DNA of 41,912 nt from a virus (taxonomy: Duplodnaviria > Caudoviricetes): positions 1 to 41,912 of IMG/VR virus record IMGVR_UViG_3300044274_000290; one strand, 5' to 3'. Both the position numbers and the translations under genes were made by a program. The notes beneath the pieces were generated by a model that was not told where the DNA came from, searched no databases, and saw nothing but the letters and a program-made list of their open reading frames with translations. Positions within the stretch are counted from its first letter, which is position 1. Each line of letters begins with the position of its first letter. Below, piece after piece: positions 1 to 8,935 of this stretch.

Positions 1-675
1 TCAGTTCGGTCTTTTGCCCGGACGATTCCCTGGCATCGGCTGCTGCTCAGCGGCCTGACGAATGCGCCGGCCCCGCTTTGCCCATTTGGGAATGATCACC
101 CTGACCGGGCTGGCCAGCCGGATGCTGGCGAAGATCGGATCGAACCCGGCGCCGACACTGACGAGCTGGTAGATGCCGCGCCGCTCGGAGGGCATTATGC
201 GTTTGAGAAAGCGCCTTCCCTCATGGGTGATGATAACGGCCTCCTCGCCGACCAACGTAGCGAAGCCAGTGTTATAGGGTTCACGGTCGACAACGACCAC
301 ATCGCCATCATTGTAGCGCGGCATCATCGACTCGCCACGAACGATGAAACCGGCGAGCTCACCAAGCGTCCCCAAAGGCGGCGGCAGCTCGATTTGCTCC
401 AGCCCGTCAAACGGCACCTGCTCGAAGTCGGGATCGACATCTCCGCCGGCACCGACATAGCCCATGACGGGTATCATGTGTCGCTCGGTATCGCGGTCAA
501 GCACCCCCCAATGGAGCGCCAGGCTGCGAATCGCCTCCATCGTGCTCCCGCGCGGCTCCCGCCCCTTGAGGTAGCGGGAAATGTCGTTCTGGCCGACGCC
601 TAACGCCTCGGCAAGTTGCGCCTGGGTCCAGCCGGTCTCACCCAGCAATGCCTTCAATACCGCGGGAACGTCCAT
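1..675 (-). CDS. CI-like repressor (XRE HTH + S24 peptidase), 224 aa
   Basis: WTQAQLAEALGVGQNDISRY HTH; VGAG cleavage-type site; GESM serine and LKRI lysine; ATG at 675 chosen over the long upstream ORF extension. Confidence 0.92.
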   Translation of the reverse strand: MDVPAVLKALLGETGWTQAQLAEALGVGQNDISRYLKGREPRGSTMEAIRSLALHWGVLDRDTERHMIPVMGYVGAGGDVDPDFEQVPFDGLEQIELPPPLGTLGELAGFIVRGESMMPRYNDGDVVVVDREPYNTGFATLVGEEAVIITHEGRRFLKRIMPSERRGIYQLVSVGAGFDPIFASIRLASPVRVIIPKWAKRGRRIRQAAEQQPMPGNRPGKRPN

Positions 676-684
676 GAGGCGGAT

Positions 685-770
685 ATACCGGGAGGGATAA
701 CGCGGGAACACACCCCAAAGGGATTGACTTTTATCCCTATTGGGATGAAAGTGCCTATCCCTAAAGGGAT
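685..770. promoter_or_regulatory. Four 14-bp operators ATCCC-N4-GGGAT with divergent promoters
   Basis: ATACCgggaGGGAT 685-698, CACCCcaaaGGGAT 711-724, ATCCCtattGGGAT 733-746, ATCCCtaaaGGGAT 757-770; TTGACT -35 at 724-729. Confidence 0.85.
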
Positions 771-783
771 GGGCGGGCCTCGC

Positions 784-993
784 ATGAACACGATCCAGCA
801 TATCCGCTGCAACGTCTTTCGCATGACGCAGGAGGAGTTCGGAGCGCTCGCTGGCGTGCCGCAGAGCGTGGTGAGCCGCTGGGAAAGCGGGCGGATGCAG
901 CCGCGCCTCTCCGTGCTGAGGCGTATCCGAAAAGCCGCCATCGATCGCGGTTTGAAGTGGGATGACCGGTGGTTCTTCGAGGTGGCGGCATGA
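784..993 (+). CDS. Cro-like HTH regulator, 69 aa
   Basis: MTQEEFGALAGVPQSVVSRWESG HTH; divergent from the repressor. Confidence 0.88.
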   Translation: MNTIQHIRCNVFRMTQEEFGALAGVPQSVVSRWESGRMQPRLSVLRRIRKAAIDRGLKWDDRWFFEVAA

Positions 994-995
994 CA

Positions 996-1271
996 TCAGC
1001 TGTGCCTCGGCTTGGGCGGTTCGTGCCCGGTGGATCGTTGCAAGGCCTCAATAAGCGCGGGCAGGCTGGAGCGGGGAACAATCAGCGACGCCGCCTTGCG
1101 GCGGACCTCCCGGCCACCACCGTCGCCCGGTTCGCTGCCCGCATATTCCACATCCTCAGCCCAGCCGATCACACGAACCCAGTCCTCCCATTGCTGGACT
1201 GCGAAGTCGGACGCGAACTCGTCGCGGATCGGCGACTCAACAATCGGGGGCGTCTGCCGTCGTTTTGCCAT
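996..1271 (-). CDS. Antisense accessory protein of unknown function, 91 aa
   Basis: MAKRRQTPPIVESP... has globular-looking composition; candidate promoter TTGCCC-N18-CAGGCT ends 7 nt before the ATG. Confidence 0.6.
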   Translation of the reverse strand: MAKRRQTPPIVESPIRDEFASDFAVQQWEDWVRVIGWAEDVEYAGSEPGDGGGREVRRKAASLIVPRSSLPALIEALQRSTGHEPPKPRHS

Positions 1272-1370
1272 GGACCGAAGCCTGCCACGCGGGCTCTGCG
1301 AAGGGCAACGTCTAAAGGCGTGCCGCGCATAGACAGCCCCCCTGTCTATTTCTTCCCACCCCGCCAGCCG

Positions 1371-1466
1371 ATGCGCAGTCTCGCCGGCACGCTGATGGTG
1401 TCGGTTCTTCTTCTGGCGACCATTGCCGGCGGGCTTGTCCTCATCATGCAAGGAGCCGCGCAATGA
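1371..1466 (+). CDS. Small membrane peptide (or C-terminus of the 990..1466 ORF)
   Basis: One hydrophobic helix; stop overlaps the next ATG (ATGA). Confidence 0.45.
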   Translation: MRSLAGTLMVSVLLLATIAGGLVLIMQGAAQ

Positions 1467-1828
1467 ACGCGCCGATCGACCACGCCCGGCTGATCGTTTC
1501 GACCACCAGCCCCGACCTCATTCACGGCGCCGTCTGCGAAGTGCTGACCGGCATCTTCCCGACTGTGCGGCCCGAGACGCTGCTTTCGTCGGAGAAGGTG
1601 AACCAGACCACCTGGTGGGTGCGGCAGATCGGCATGTTCCTGATGGCAGACCGGCTGCAGCTTTCGCAGACGGCGACGGCCCGGCAATTCGGCCGCGACC
1701 GCACCACGGTCAGCCATGCCTGCCAGCTCTGCCGTCAGGAAGCGGCCGAGAGGCCGGCCACCGCCGCATTCTTCGATTTCCTGGAAGCCCAGGTACTGGC
1801 AGCGCTCGACGGGGAGACAGCCCGATGA
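1463..1828 (+). CDS. HTH protein resembling DnaA domain IV
   Basis: TARQFGRDRTTVSHA resembles the DnaA C-terminal GxRDHTTV signature; GGAG RBS. Confidence 0.75.
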   Translation: MNAPIDHARLIVSTTSPDLIHGAVCEVLTGIFPTVRPETLLSSEKVNQTTWWVRQIGMFLMADRLQLSQTATARQFGRDRTTVSHACQLCRQEAAERPATAAFFDFLEAQVLAALDGETAR

Positions 1829-2712
1829 AGCTACAGGACCTGCCGCTCGCCAAGATACTCGTTCCCGCCGACCGCTCCAGGGCGGTGGACGAGGACTATG
1901 CCCTCGCCATCCAGACGGAGATCGTCGCCGGCACCTTCATCGACCCGATCCTGGTCCGGCCAACGCCGCGCGCGACGCGCCCATATACCCTGATCGACGG
2001 CGCGCACCGGCTGCGCGCCGTCGATCTCAACGGCGAGACGGAAATCACCTGTCTCATCGTCGATGCGAGCAAAGCCGACGCCGACCGGATGGAGGTGGCG
2101 GCCAACCTGTTTCGCCACGAGCTCACTGCCCTGGACCGGGCGATCGCAGTGCAGCTGTACAGGCGCGCCTGGGAAGAGAAGTACGGTCTCATCGAGCGGG
2201 GCGGCGACCAAAGTGTCAAGTTGACACTTTGCCCTCTGGACACCATCGCCGATGAAGCGGAGCGCGGCTTCGCGGCCACGTGCGCTGAGCGGCTCGGCCT
2301 TTCGAAGAGCGCGATCATGCGCGCGCAGCGCATCGCCACCAAGCTGCCCCAGGCGCTAATCACAGCCCTTCGCGCGACCTGCTACGCCGACAACCAGTCC
2401 GTTCTGTTGAAGCTGACAGACCTCGACGAGGCCCGGAAGAACGCGATCGCAGATTGGATCGCAGCCGGCAACGACCCGGGCGCGATCGTAGACGAGGCGC
2501 TCAACGGCAGTTCGAAGGAACAGTCGCAGCCGTCCATGAAGGCCCGCAACGCTGCGATCAGCAGCCTGCAGCGGCTGGAAGGAACAGCACGCCGGGACGC
2601 ACTCCTTGAGATCGTGAACCTGTTTCGCGCTGACATCGAATGGGCGCTTGAACAGGTCAGCGCCGGGGGGGGAAGCCTCCAGACCATCGCCAGATCACGA
2701 TCTTCGAGCTGA
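1825..2712 (+). CDS. ParB N-terminal-domain protein with HTH, 295 aa
   Basis: PILVR...LIDGAHRLRA...ANLFRHELTALDRA; C-terminus depends on the G8 tract at 2665-2672. Confidence 0.85.
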   Translation: MKLQDLPLAKILVPADRSRAVDEDYALAIQTEIVAGTFIDPILVRPTPRATRPYTLIDGAHRLRAVDLNGETEITCLIVDASKADADRMEVAANLFRHELTALDRAIAVQLYRRAWEEKYGLIERGGDQSVKLTLCPLDTIADEAERGFAATCAERLGLSKSAIMRAQRIATKLPQALITALRATCYADNQSVLLKLTDLDEARKNAIADWIAAGNDPGAIVDEALNGSSKEQSQPSMKARNAAISSLQRLEGTARRDALLEIVNLFRADIEWALEQVSAGGGSLQTIARSRSSS

Positions 2713-2728
2713 TCGGGAGCGCTGACCG

Positions 2729-2989
2729 TTGACCTGCTGCCCCGTACCCGACTGCACCGGCACGCCGCCTCCGCGCTGCGTGTTCTGCCCCGAGTGCTAT
2801 TTCAAGGTGCCGCCGGCATATGCGCGAGCGATCCACCGCGTGCAATTCGAGTGCGAGCGGGCGCTGGACGACGACCGGCGCCGGTTCCTGCGCAAGCAGC
2901 TGCAGGGCTATGTGAGCATCGCGGTGCGCTCCATCCGGGCGCCTCTCGCCGGCGAGGCCGCCGCCTGCCGTGGTGTCCGCCATGGCTAG
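2729..2989 (+). CDS. Small Cys-rich putative zinc-binding protein
   Basis: CPVPDC...FCPEC; TTG start after GGGAG. Confidence 0.6.
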   Translation: MTCCPVPDCTGTPPPRCVFCPECYFKVPPAYARAIHRVQFECERALDDDRRRFLRKQLQGYVSIAVRSIRAPLAGEAAACRGVRHG

Positions 2990-3455
2990 AAAGAAGCCCG
3001 ACCCGGCCCAGGGCGATCTCTTCTACGAGCCGGTCTATCCGAGCCGGCGCGCGGCCGACGCGCTCGAACTGAGCGGCTTTCGAGGCCGCCTCAAGCGGGC
3101 GATGAGCCGCGCGCTGAAGGAGTGCCCCTACGACCGGTTCGAGGTCGCGGCACGCATGGCGCAGGCGCTCGGCCAGGACAGCTTCTCGAAGGCGATGCTC
3201 GACGCCTACACGGCCGAGAGCAAGGAAGGCCATGACATCAGCCTGCACCGCTTCAAGGCGTTCGTGCGGGCGACCGAGCAGACGTGGCTGTGGGATTTCG
3301 TCGTCGCGGATGATGGGTTGACCATTCTCGTCGGCGACGAGGCCCGGCTTGCCGAGGCATCGCTGCTCCGCCAGCGCATGAAGGAGCTCGGCGAACAACT
3401 GAAGTCGCTGGAATCGCGCCCGGTCGTGCTCAACCGCCGGAGGCGCGCCGAATGA
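2982..3455 (+). CDS. Mu-like early protein, probably DNA-binding
   Basis: Coupled ORF upstream of the transposase; SKAMLDAYTAES motif; N-terminal QGDLF. Confidence 0.7.
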   Translation: MARKKPDPAQGDLFYEPVYPSRRAADALELSGFRGRLKRAMSRALKECPYDRFEVAARMAQALGQDSFSKAMLDAYTAESKEGHDISLHRFKAFVRATEQTWLWDFVVADDGLTILVGDEARLAEASLLRQRMKELGEQLKSLESRPVVLNRRRRAE

Positions 3456-3631
3456 CCAGGCGCCGCACCGATTTCCGGGGTCTGCAGGCGCGCCGCGATG
3501 CGGCGCTGTCGCGACCCGAGCTCAGACAGGACCGGCGCAAGCCCAGCGAAGAGACGATGCGCCTCGTCGAGGCGGCGGTGAAGGCCGGGCGCGTCACGCG
3601 CTGTCCCCCGGCAGGGAGGCGGCAGCGTTGA
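3452..3631 (+). CDS. Small basic hypothetical protein, 59 aa
   Basis: ATGA and TTGA overlaps at its two ends; GRVTRCPP motif; missing from the ORF track. Confidence 0.6.
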   Translation: MTRRRTDFRGLQARRDAALSRPELRQDRRKPSEETMRLVEAAVKAGRVTRCPPAGRRQR

Positions 3632-5574
3632 AGGAGTGGTTCACCGTCGCGGAGATCGTCGCGGCCAGGTCACCCGACCTGCCGGGTACGGTGCGCGGGT
3701 TCAATGCCCTCGCGGACGCCCAAGGATGGCGTGCGGACCCCGCGAAGGCCCGCCGGGCGGAACGGCGCGACCGTGGGTGGGAATACCACCTTGCCGCGCT
3801 GCCGCCCGGCGCGCAGGCACGCTTGGTCCTCAAGCACGCGACCGCCGACGCACCCGCACCACTGCAAGACGAGGCGTCCAGGGACCGCTGGTCGCGGTTC
3901 GAGCAGCTCTCGCAGAAGCAGAAGACCGAAGCGAGAAGGCGCCTCGACGCGCTTGAAGCGATGGAGCGCCACGTGTCGGCGGGCTCCACCGTCACCGCGG
4001 CCGCCGCTCTCGCAGCCCGCGCCTCCGACACCTCGTCGGCCACGATCTTCAACTGGCGCAAGGCCGTCGCCGGACTTTCCCGCGCCGACTGGCTCCCGGC
4101 GCTGGCGCCCGGCTACAAGGCCACCGCGAGCTTTGCCGACTGTCACCCCGAGGCCTGGGAAACGCTCAAGTCCGCCTATCTGCAACCCGAAGCGCCGAAA
4201 TTCTCGTCGTGTTATCGCTGGATGTGCGAGGCGGCGGACCGGCACGGCTGGCAGCCGATCCCGTCCGAGCGGTCACTCAGGCGTCGACTTGAGGCCGAAG
4301 TGCCGCGCGCCGTCGCCACGCTGGCGCGCAAGGGGCGGGAGAAGGCGAAGACGCTCTATCCGGCCCAGCGCCGCGTACGCAGCCACTTCCACGCCATGCA
4401 GGCCGTCAATGCCGATGGGCACAAGCTGGACGTGTTCGTGCGGCTCGATGACGGGCGCGTGACACGCGTCCACCTGGTCGCGCTCCAGGACCTCTATTCC
4501 GGGATGATCGTCGCCTGGCGCCTGTCGGAGACCGAGAACAAGGAAGCGGTGCGCCTGGTTATCGGCGACATGGTCGAACGTCACGGCATTCCGGAAAAGT
4601 GCTGGCTGGACAACGGCCGCGCCTTCGCCTCGAAATGGATCACAGGCCGGATGTCGAACCGCTACCGGTTCCAGATCCGGGACGAGGACCCGGCCGGCAT
4701 CCTGACCACGCTCGGCGTCGAAGTCCACTGGACGACGCCCTATCACGGCCAAGCGAAACCGATCGAGCGCGCGTTCCGTGATCTGGCCGACGAAATCGGC
4801 CGGCACCCGTTCTGCCACGGGGCCTATACCGGCAACAAGCCGGACGCAAAACCAGAGAACTATGGCAACGCGGCCATTCCGATCGCCGAGTTCCGCCGGT
4901 TCGTCTCCACGCGGATAGACGAGCACAACAAACGACCTGGCCGCCGCGCGGCATCGTGCAACGGCCGGTCATTCCGGGACACGTTCAAGGCCAGCATCGA
5001 AGACCCGGCGACGATCATCGCCTGGCCGACCGATGCGCAGAGAGCGCTGTGGCTGCTCGCCGCCGAGAAGGTGCGGGCGCAGAAGGGCTCCGGCGAGATT
5101 CGCTTCTTCGAAAACATCTACTGGAGCCGCGAACTCAACCAGCATGCAGGCTCGCCTGTCATCGTCCGCTTCGATCCCGAGCGACTGCATGACGCCATCA
5201 AGGTCTACACACTCGACGATCGCTTCATTTGCGAGGCCGCCTGCCGGGCGCCGGTCGGCTACGATGACGTGGATTCAGCTCGCTCCAACGCTCGCGACCG
5301 GAATGCCTACTCCAAGGCCGTGTCCGACCAGTTGCGGCTCGCCCGAAAGATGTCCGCCGACGAGCTGGCGCGCATCTTCTACGCCGACCGGCCGACACCG
5401 GAGGAGAAGCCGATGCCGCCGCGCACCAAGAAGGTCGCCGTGGGCGGCTCGGCCGCGCCGGAACCGGAGCCCGACTACGATTTCGAGGAGGCCTTCAGCC
5501 GCGGGCTGAAGCGGCTCTCCGAAGATGCCGACATCATCCCGTTCACGCGCGATCCCTCGACACGATCTGGCTGA
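3628..5574 (+). CDS. MuA: Mu-type DDE transposase A, 648 aa
   Basis: N-terminal EWFTVAEI...YHLAALP HTH; ADGH, LDNG and KPIERAF catalytic motifs; VRFDP C-terminal domain. Confidence 0.96.
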   Translation: MKEWFTVAEIVAARSPDLPGTVRGFNALADAQGWRADPAKARRAERRDRGWEYHLAALPPGAQARLVLKHATADAPAPLQDEASRDRWSRFEQLSQKQKTEARRRLDALEAMERHVSAGSTVTAAAALAARASDTSSATIFNWRKAVAGLSRADWLPALAPGYKATASFADCHPEAWETLKSAYLQPEAPKFSSCYRWMCEAADRHGWQPIPSERSLRRRLEAEVPRAVATLARKGREKAKTLYPAQRRVRSHFHAMQAVNADGHKLDVFVRLDDGRVTRVHLVALQDLYSGMIVAWRLSETENKEAVRLVIGDMVERHGIPEKCWLDNGRAFASKWITGRMSNRYRFQIRDEDPAGILTTLGVEVHWTTPYHGQAKPIERAFRDLADEIGRHPFCHGAYTGNKPDAKPENYGNAAIPIAEFRRFVSTRIDEHNKRPGRRAASCNGRSFRDTFKASIEDPATIIAWPTDAQRALWLLAAEKVRAQKGSGEIRFFENIYWSRELNQHAGSPVIVRFDPERLHDAIKVYTLDDRFICEAACRAPVGYDDVDSARSNARDRNAYSKAVSDQLRLARKMSADELARIFYADRPTPEEKPMPPRTKKVAVGGSAAPEPEPDYDFEEAFSRGLKRLSEDADIIPFTRDPSTRSG

Positions 5575-5587
5575 GGGAACGCGCCTG

Positions 5588-5614
5588 AAAAGAAGGCCGG
5601 GACGAACCCGGCCT
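5588..5614 (-). terminator. Possible intrinsic terminator for minus-strand transcription
   Basis: AGGCCGGG-N5-CCCGGCCT stem (5594-5614) followed by TCTTTT on the minus strand. Confidence 0.45.
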
Positions 5615-5659
5615 CAAATAACCGGCCCCGAAGGGCCAGCAAAGCAAAGGAAGACATAC

Positions 5660-6670
5660 ATGACCGAGAGCTCAAGCACAATCTGGACCCAGGCGGCGGT
5701 CGCCCCGAAGGCGGGCGGCGCCGGCCGCAGCGAGGCGGATGTCGCCGACTGGCGGCAGCTGACCAGCCGCACGGCAGCGCTCGCCACCGCCAATGGCTGG
5801 AGCAAGGCGGAGGTCGCGCGCCGCTCCGGGATGGCCGAGGGCACCTTCAGCCAGTGGTTTTCCGGCACCTATGCGGGCCGCTTCGACACGCAGAACGAGC
5901 GCATCCGGCAGTGGCTCGACACCGCCGAAGAGATGGCGGAGATGGCGCGCGGTATCCCCGCCTCGCCGCCGTTCTTCGAGACGAAGACCTCGCGCGAGAT
6001 CATGGAGACGCTGCTCTACGCGCAGATGCTGCCCGAGATCGCCGTGATCGTGCTTGGCGCCGGCATGGGCAAGACGACGACGGCGGAGCAGTTCTGCGCG
6101 ACCCGGCCCCACGCCTACCTGGTGACCATGACGCCGAACACCAGGACGTGTCACGGCATGCTGGTGGAGATCGCCGCCGCGCTCGGCGTCACCCAGCATA
6201 ATCCGGCCAAGTTGCACCGGGCGATCGGCGAGAGGCTGCAGCGCAACGGGCGGCAGTGCCTGCTCATCATCGACGAGGCGCAGAACCTTGTCGACCAAGC
6301 CGTCAACCAGCTGCGCAGCTTCCACGACATCAACGAATGCGGCATCGCGCTGATCGGCAACAAGGAGATCTACGGGCGCTTCGCCGGCCGCTCAGACGGG
6401 CCGTCCTACGCGCAGATCAAGCGGCGCATCGGCAAGCGCCTGAACCGCACCCAGCCCTACGCCGAGGATATCGCCGCACAGATCGACGCCTGGGGAGTTC
6501 GCGACGAGGAGGCGCGCAAGTTCCTGACCGGGATCGGCCACAAGCCGGGCGCGCTCGGCGAGATCGACAAGACGCTGCGGCTCGCCGGCATCGCGGCTGG
6601 CGGCGACTACGAGGCGATCACGGTCAAGCACATCCGCGCCGCCTGGGCGAACCGCGGCGCGGAGGAGTGA
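5660..6670 (+). CDS. MuB: MuB-like AAA+ transposition ATPase, 336 aa
   Basis: N-terminal HTH; Walker A GAGMGKTT; Walker B LIIDEAQ; follows MuA. Confidence 0.94.
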   Translation: MTESSSTIWTQAAVAPKAGGAGRSEADVADWRQLTSRTAALATANGWSKAEVARRSGMAEGTFSQWFSGTYAGRFDTQNERIRQWLDTAEEMAEMARGIPASPPFFETKTSREIMETLLYAQMLPEIAVIVLGAGMGKTTTAEQFCATRPHAYLVTMTPNTRTCHGMLVEIAAALGVTQHNPAKLHRAIGERLQRNGRQCLLIIDEAQNLVDQAVNQLRSFHDINECGIALIGNKEIYGRFAGRSDGPSYAQIKRRIGKRLNRTQPYAEDIAAQIDAWGVRDEEARKFLTGIGHKPGALGEIDKTLRLAGIAAGGDYEAITVKHIRAAWANRGAEE

Positions 6671-6673
6671 ACC

Positions 6674-7003
6674 ATGGCCAAGACAATGTCCCTCGCACTG
6701 TCGGACGGGCTGTTCGAGCTCAGGCGCAATCTCAAGGACGCCTTTCCCTCCGGCGGCATCGTGCTCGACGACGACCAGGCCGAGACGCTTGTCCGGCTCT
6801 TGAAGGAGCTCGGCGTCATGGCGCGCCAGCTCGAAAACGAGGTCAGCCGCCATCGCTGGAACGCGATGGCCAAGGAGGACCGCGCCGCCGAGGAGCAGCG
6901 CCTGACCGAGGCCGTGCTCGCCGAGATCGCGCGGCCCGACACCAACCTGCAGCTCTTCCCGATCGTGCCGCGGCCGTTCGGAGACGGGAGGCAGCCGGCA
7001 TGA
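6674..7003 (+). CDS. Hypothetical protein
   Basis: GGAG RBS; coupled to the next gene. Confidence 0.7.
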   Translation: MAKTMSLALSDGLFELRRNLKDAFPSGGIVLDDDQAETLVRLLKELGVMARQLENEVSRHRWNAMAKEDRAAEEQRLTEAVLAEIARPDTNLQLFPIVPRPFGDGRQPA

Positions 7004-7305
7004 ACACCTGTCCCCATTGCGGCAGGCACACCGACCGGCCCGCGCTGAAGGTCTTTCCGGCCGGCCGGTTCGTGCGGCGCGGCGACCGCGTCGTGCGCCT
7101 CGGGGTTCGCGAGCTGGTGGTGTTCCAAGTGCTGCGCGCGGCCGCCCCCATGCCCGTGGCCGTCGACGATCTGCAGAAGGTCGTTTCCGTCGCCCGGCCG
7201 GCGCGGGTGATCGTCCACGCGCTGCGACGCAAGCTGCCGCGGGTCGGCGCCGACATCGAGACCTGCGGCCGCGGCTTCTACCGGCTGGTGGAGCGGCGCA
7301 AATGA
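7000..7305 (+). CDS. CxxC + winged-helix (OmpR C-terminal-like) protein
   Basis: CPHCG...VIVHALRRKL...IETCGRGFYRL. Confidence 0.7.
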   Translation: MNTCPHCGRHTDRPALKVFPAGRFVRRGDRVVRLGVRELVVFQVLRAAAPMPVAVDDLQKVVSVARPARVIVHALRRKLPRVGADIETCGRGFYRLVERRK

Positions 7306-7925
7306 TATCCCTGCGCGAAATCACCAGCATCGTCGCGATGGCGGGCGGCATCGAGCCCAACGAGCTGATCGGCGTCGGACAGTCCCACCATGCCGCGAAG
7401 ATGCGCGCGATGGCCTTCTGGCTGGCCTACCGCCATGTGGGCCTCAGCTCCACCGTCATCGGCCGGCATTTCGGGGACCGCGACCACGCGACCGTGCTGA
7501 CGGCGCTGAAATCCTTCGAGGCCGAGCTGAAGACGGACGCGGAGCTTAAGGCCAGCGCCGACAGGCTGCTCAAGGTGGTCGAGTGGAAGGCCTACGCGGC
7601 GGCGGACGGCGAGCGTGACGCGCTCGGCATCGCCCGCTCCATCTATCTCGATCCGCGCCGTGCCGGGCTGGCCGCCAGCGTGATCGACATCCACGCGCTC
7701 GCCCGAACCTTCCTGGCCGTCTGGGACATCGCCCAGGCCGGTGAGCGCCTAGCCGAGCTCCAGGCGCGCCATCACGCCACCGACTGCTTCGTGGAGGCGG
7801 ACGAAATCGACCGCGAGATGCGCGCGCTCGCCCGCGCCATCCGCGAGGAAATGGCCGCGCTCTGCGGCGACGCGGAAACAAACACAGCCAAACAGGAGAC
7901 GAACAATGCAGACGCAGACCATTGA
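7302..7925 (+). CDS. Second DnaA-domain-IV-like HTH protein, 207 aa
   Basis: LSSTVIGRHFGDRDHATVL. Confidence 0.8.
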   Translation: MISLREITSIVAMAGGIEPNELIGVGQSHHAAKMRAMAFWLAYRHVGLSSTVIGRHFGDRDHATVLTALKSFEAELKTDAELKASADRLLKVVEWKAYAAADGERDALGIARSIYLDPRRAGLAASVIDIHALARTFLAVWDIAQAGERLAELQARHHATDCFVEADEIDREMRALARAIREEMAALCGDAETNTAKQETNNADADH

Positions 7926-8562
7926 TACTCAGAGGGACGACGGGATCACCGTCATCGAGGGCAAGGCATACCGCCAGGACGCCAAGGGCGCGCTGGTGCC
8001 CACCGAGCTGGTGAAGCCGCAGCACGCTCTCGAAGACGAGACGGTGCGCAAGATCATCGGCTACGCCCGTGAGCTGTCGGCGCAGATCGCCCGCTTCCGC
8101 GGCCACACCATGACGGACCTGGGTGAGTTCGACGCTTTGCTCGACCAGGAGTATGGCGGCCGCGCGCGGGCGTCCATCAAGGGCAACCGCAGCTACCAGA
8201 CCTTCGACGGCTGCCTGAAGGTCCAGGTCCAGGTGTCCGATTTCATCGACTTCGGTCCGGAACTGCAGACGGCGAAGGTGCTGATCGACGAGTGCCTCAA
8301 CGAATGGACGGCCGAGAGCCGCGCGGAGATCAGGGCCGTCGTCACCCGCGCCTTCGACACCGACAAGGCCGGCAAGATCAACCGCTCGGAGATCTTCACG
8401 CTGCTGCGCCTCGACATCGAGGACGAGCGCTGGAAGCGGGCGCAGGCCGCGATCCGCGATGCCATGCGGGTGGTCGGCTCCCGCGAGTACATCCGCTTCT
8501 ACGAGCGCGACCATCCGAAGGCCGAATGGCGCCCGATCACCATCGACCTGGCCAAGGCGTGA
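7906..8562 (+). CDS. DUF3164 family Mu-like phage protein
   Basis: YRQDAKGALVP, KGNRSYQTFDG, FGPELQTAKVLIDECL, YIRFYER. Confidence 0.88.
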   Translation: MQTQTIDTQRDDGITVIEGKAYRQDAKGALVPTELVKPQHALEDETVRKIIGYARELSAQIARFRGHTMTDLGEFDALLDQEYGGRARASIKGNRSYQTFDGCLKVQVQVSDFIDFGPELQTAKVLIDECLNEWTAESRAEIRAVVTRAFDTDKAGKINRSEIFTLLRLDIEDERWKRAQAAIRDAMRVVGSREYIRFYERDHPKAEWRPITIDLAKA

Positions 8563-8572
8563 GGAGGCGGTG

Positions 8573-8932
8573 ATGGCGAAGCGCAATCGCAGCCGCTCGG
8601 GCGCCGACACCGAGTGCCCGTACTGCCACCGCAAGCTGCGCGGGCAGAAGGGCCTGAAGTCGCATCTGGCCGAGGTCCACGCCGACAAGGCCGACGACGT
8701 CTTCAACCCGCATGGCAGCGGCCCAGTGCCGATCGAGCCGCGGGAAGACGCGGAAACTTGTATCGCCTGCGCCGTGCCGTTCAAGGCAGGCGACAAGGTC
8801 TATTCCGATGTCAATGGCGGATGCCTCCACGCCGCCTGCTGCGGGCCGGAACGCGAGAGCTATGTCGGCGCGGACGGGGAGCCGCTGCGCGAAGGGGAGC
8901 CGATCCCAGAGCCTTGGACGTGGGAGGGTTGA
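8573..8932 (+). CDS. C2H2 zinc-finger protein with a second Cys/His cluster, 119 aa
   Basis: C-x2-C-x12-H-x4-H, then CIAC...HAACC; GAGGAGG RBS. Confidence 0.75.
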   Translation: MAKRNRSRSGADTECPYCHRKLRGQKGLKSHLAEVHADKADDVFNPHGSGPVPIEPREDAETCIACAVPFKAGDKVYSDVNGGCLHAACCGPERESYVGADGEPLREGEPIPEPWTWEG

Positions 8933-8935
8933 GCC

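Noticed and set aside
661-709. Direct repeat CGCGGGAAC as an alphaproteobacterial LexA box
   Set aside because: The copies are 40 bp apart, not GAAC-N7-GAAC
676-996. N-terminal extension of the repressor to 331 aa
   Set aside because: It would overlap cro and the operators; the HTH begins right after the ATG at 675
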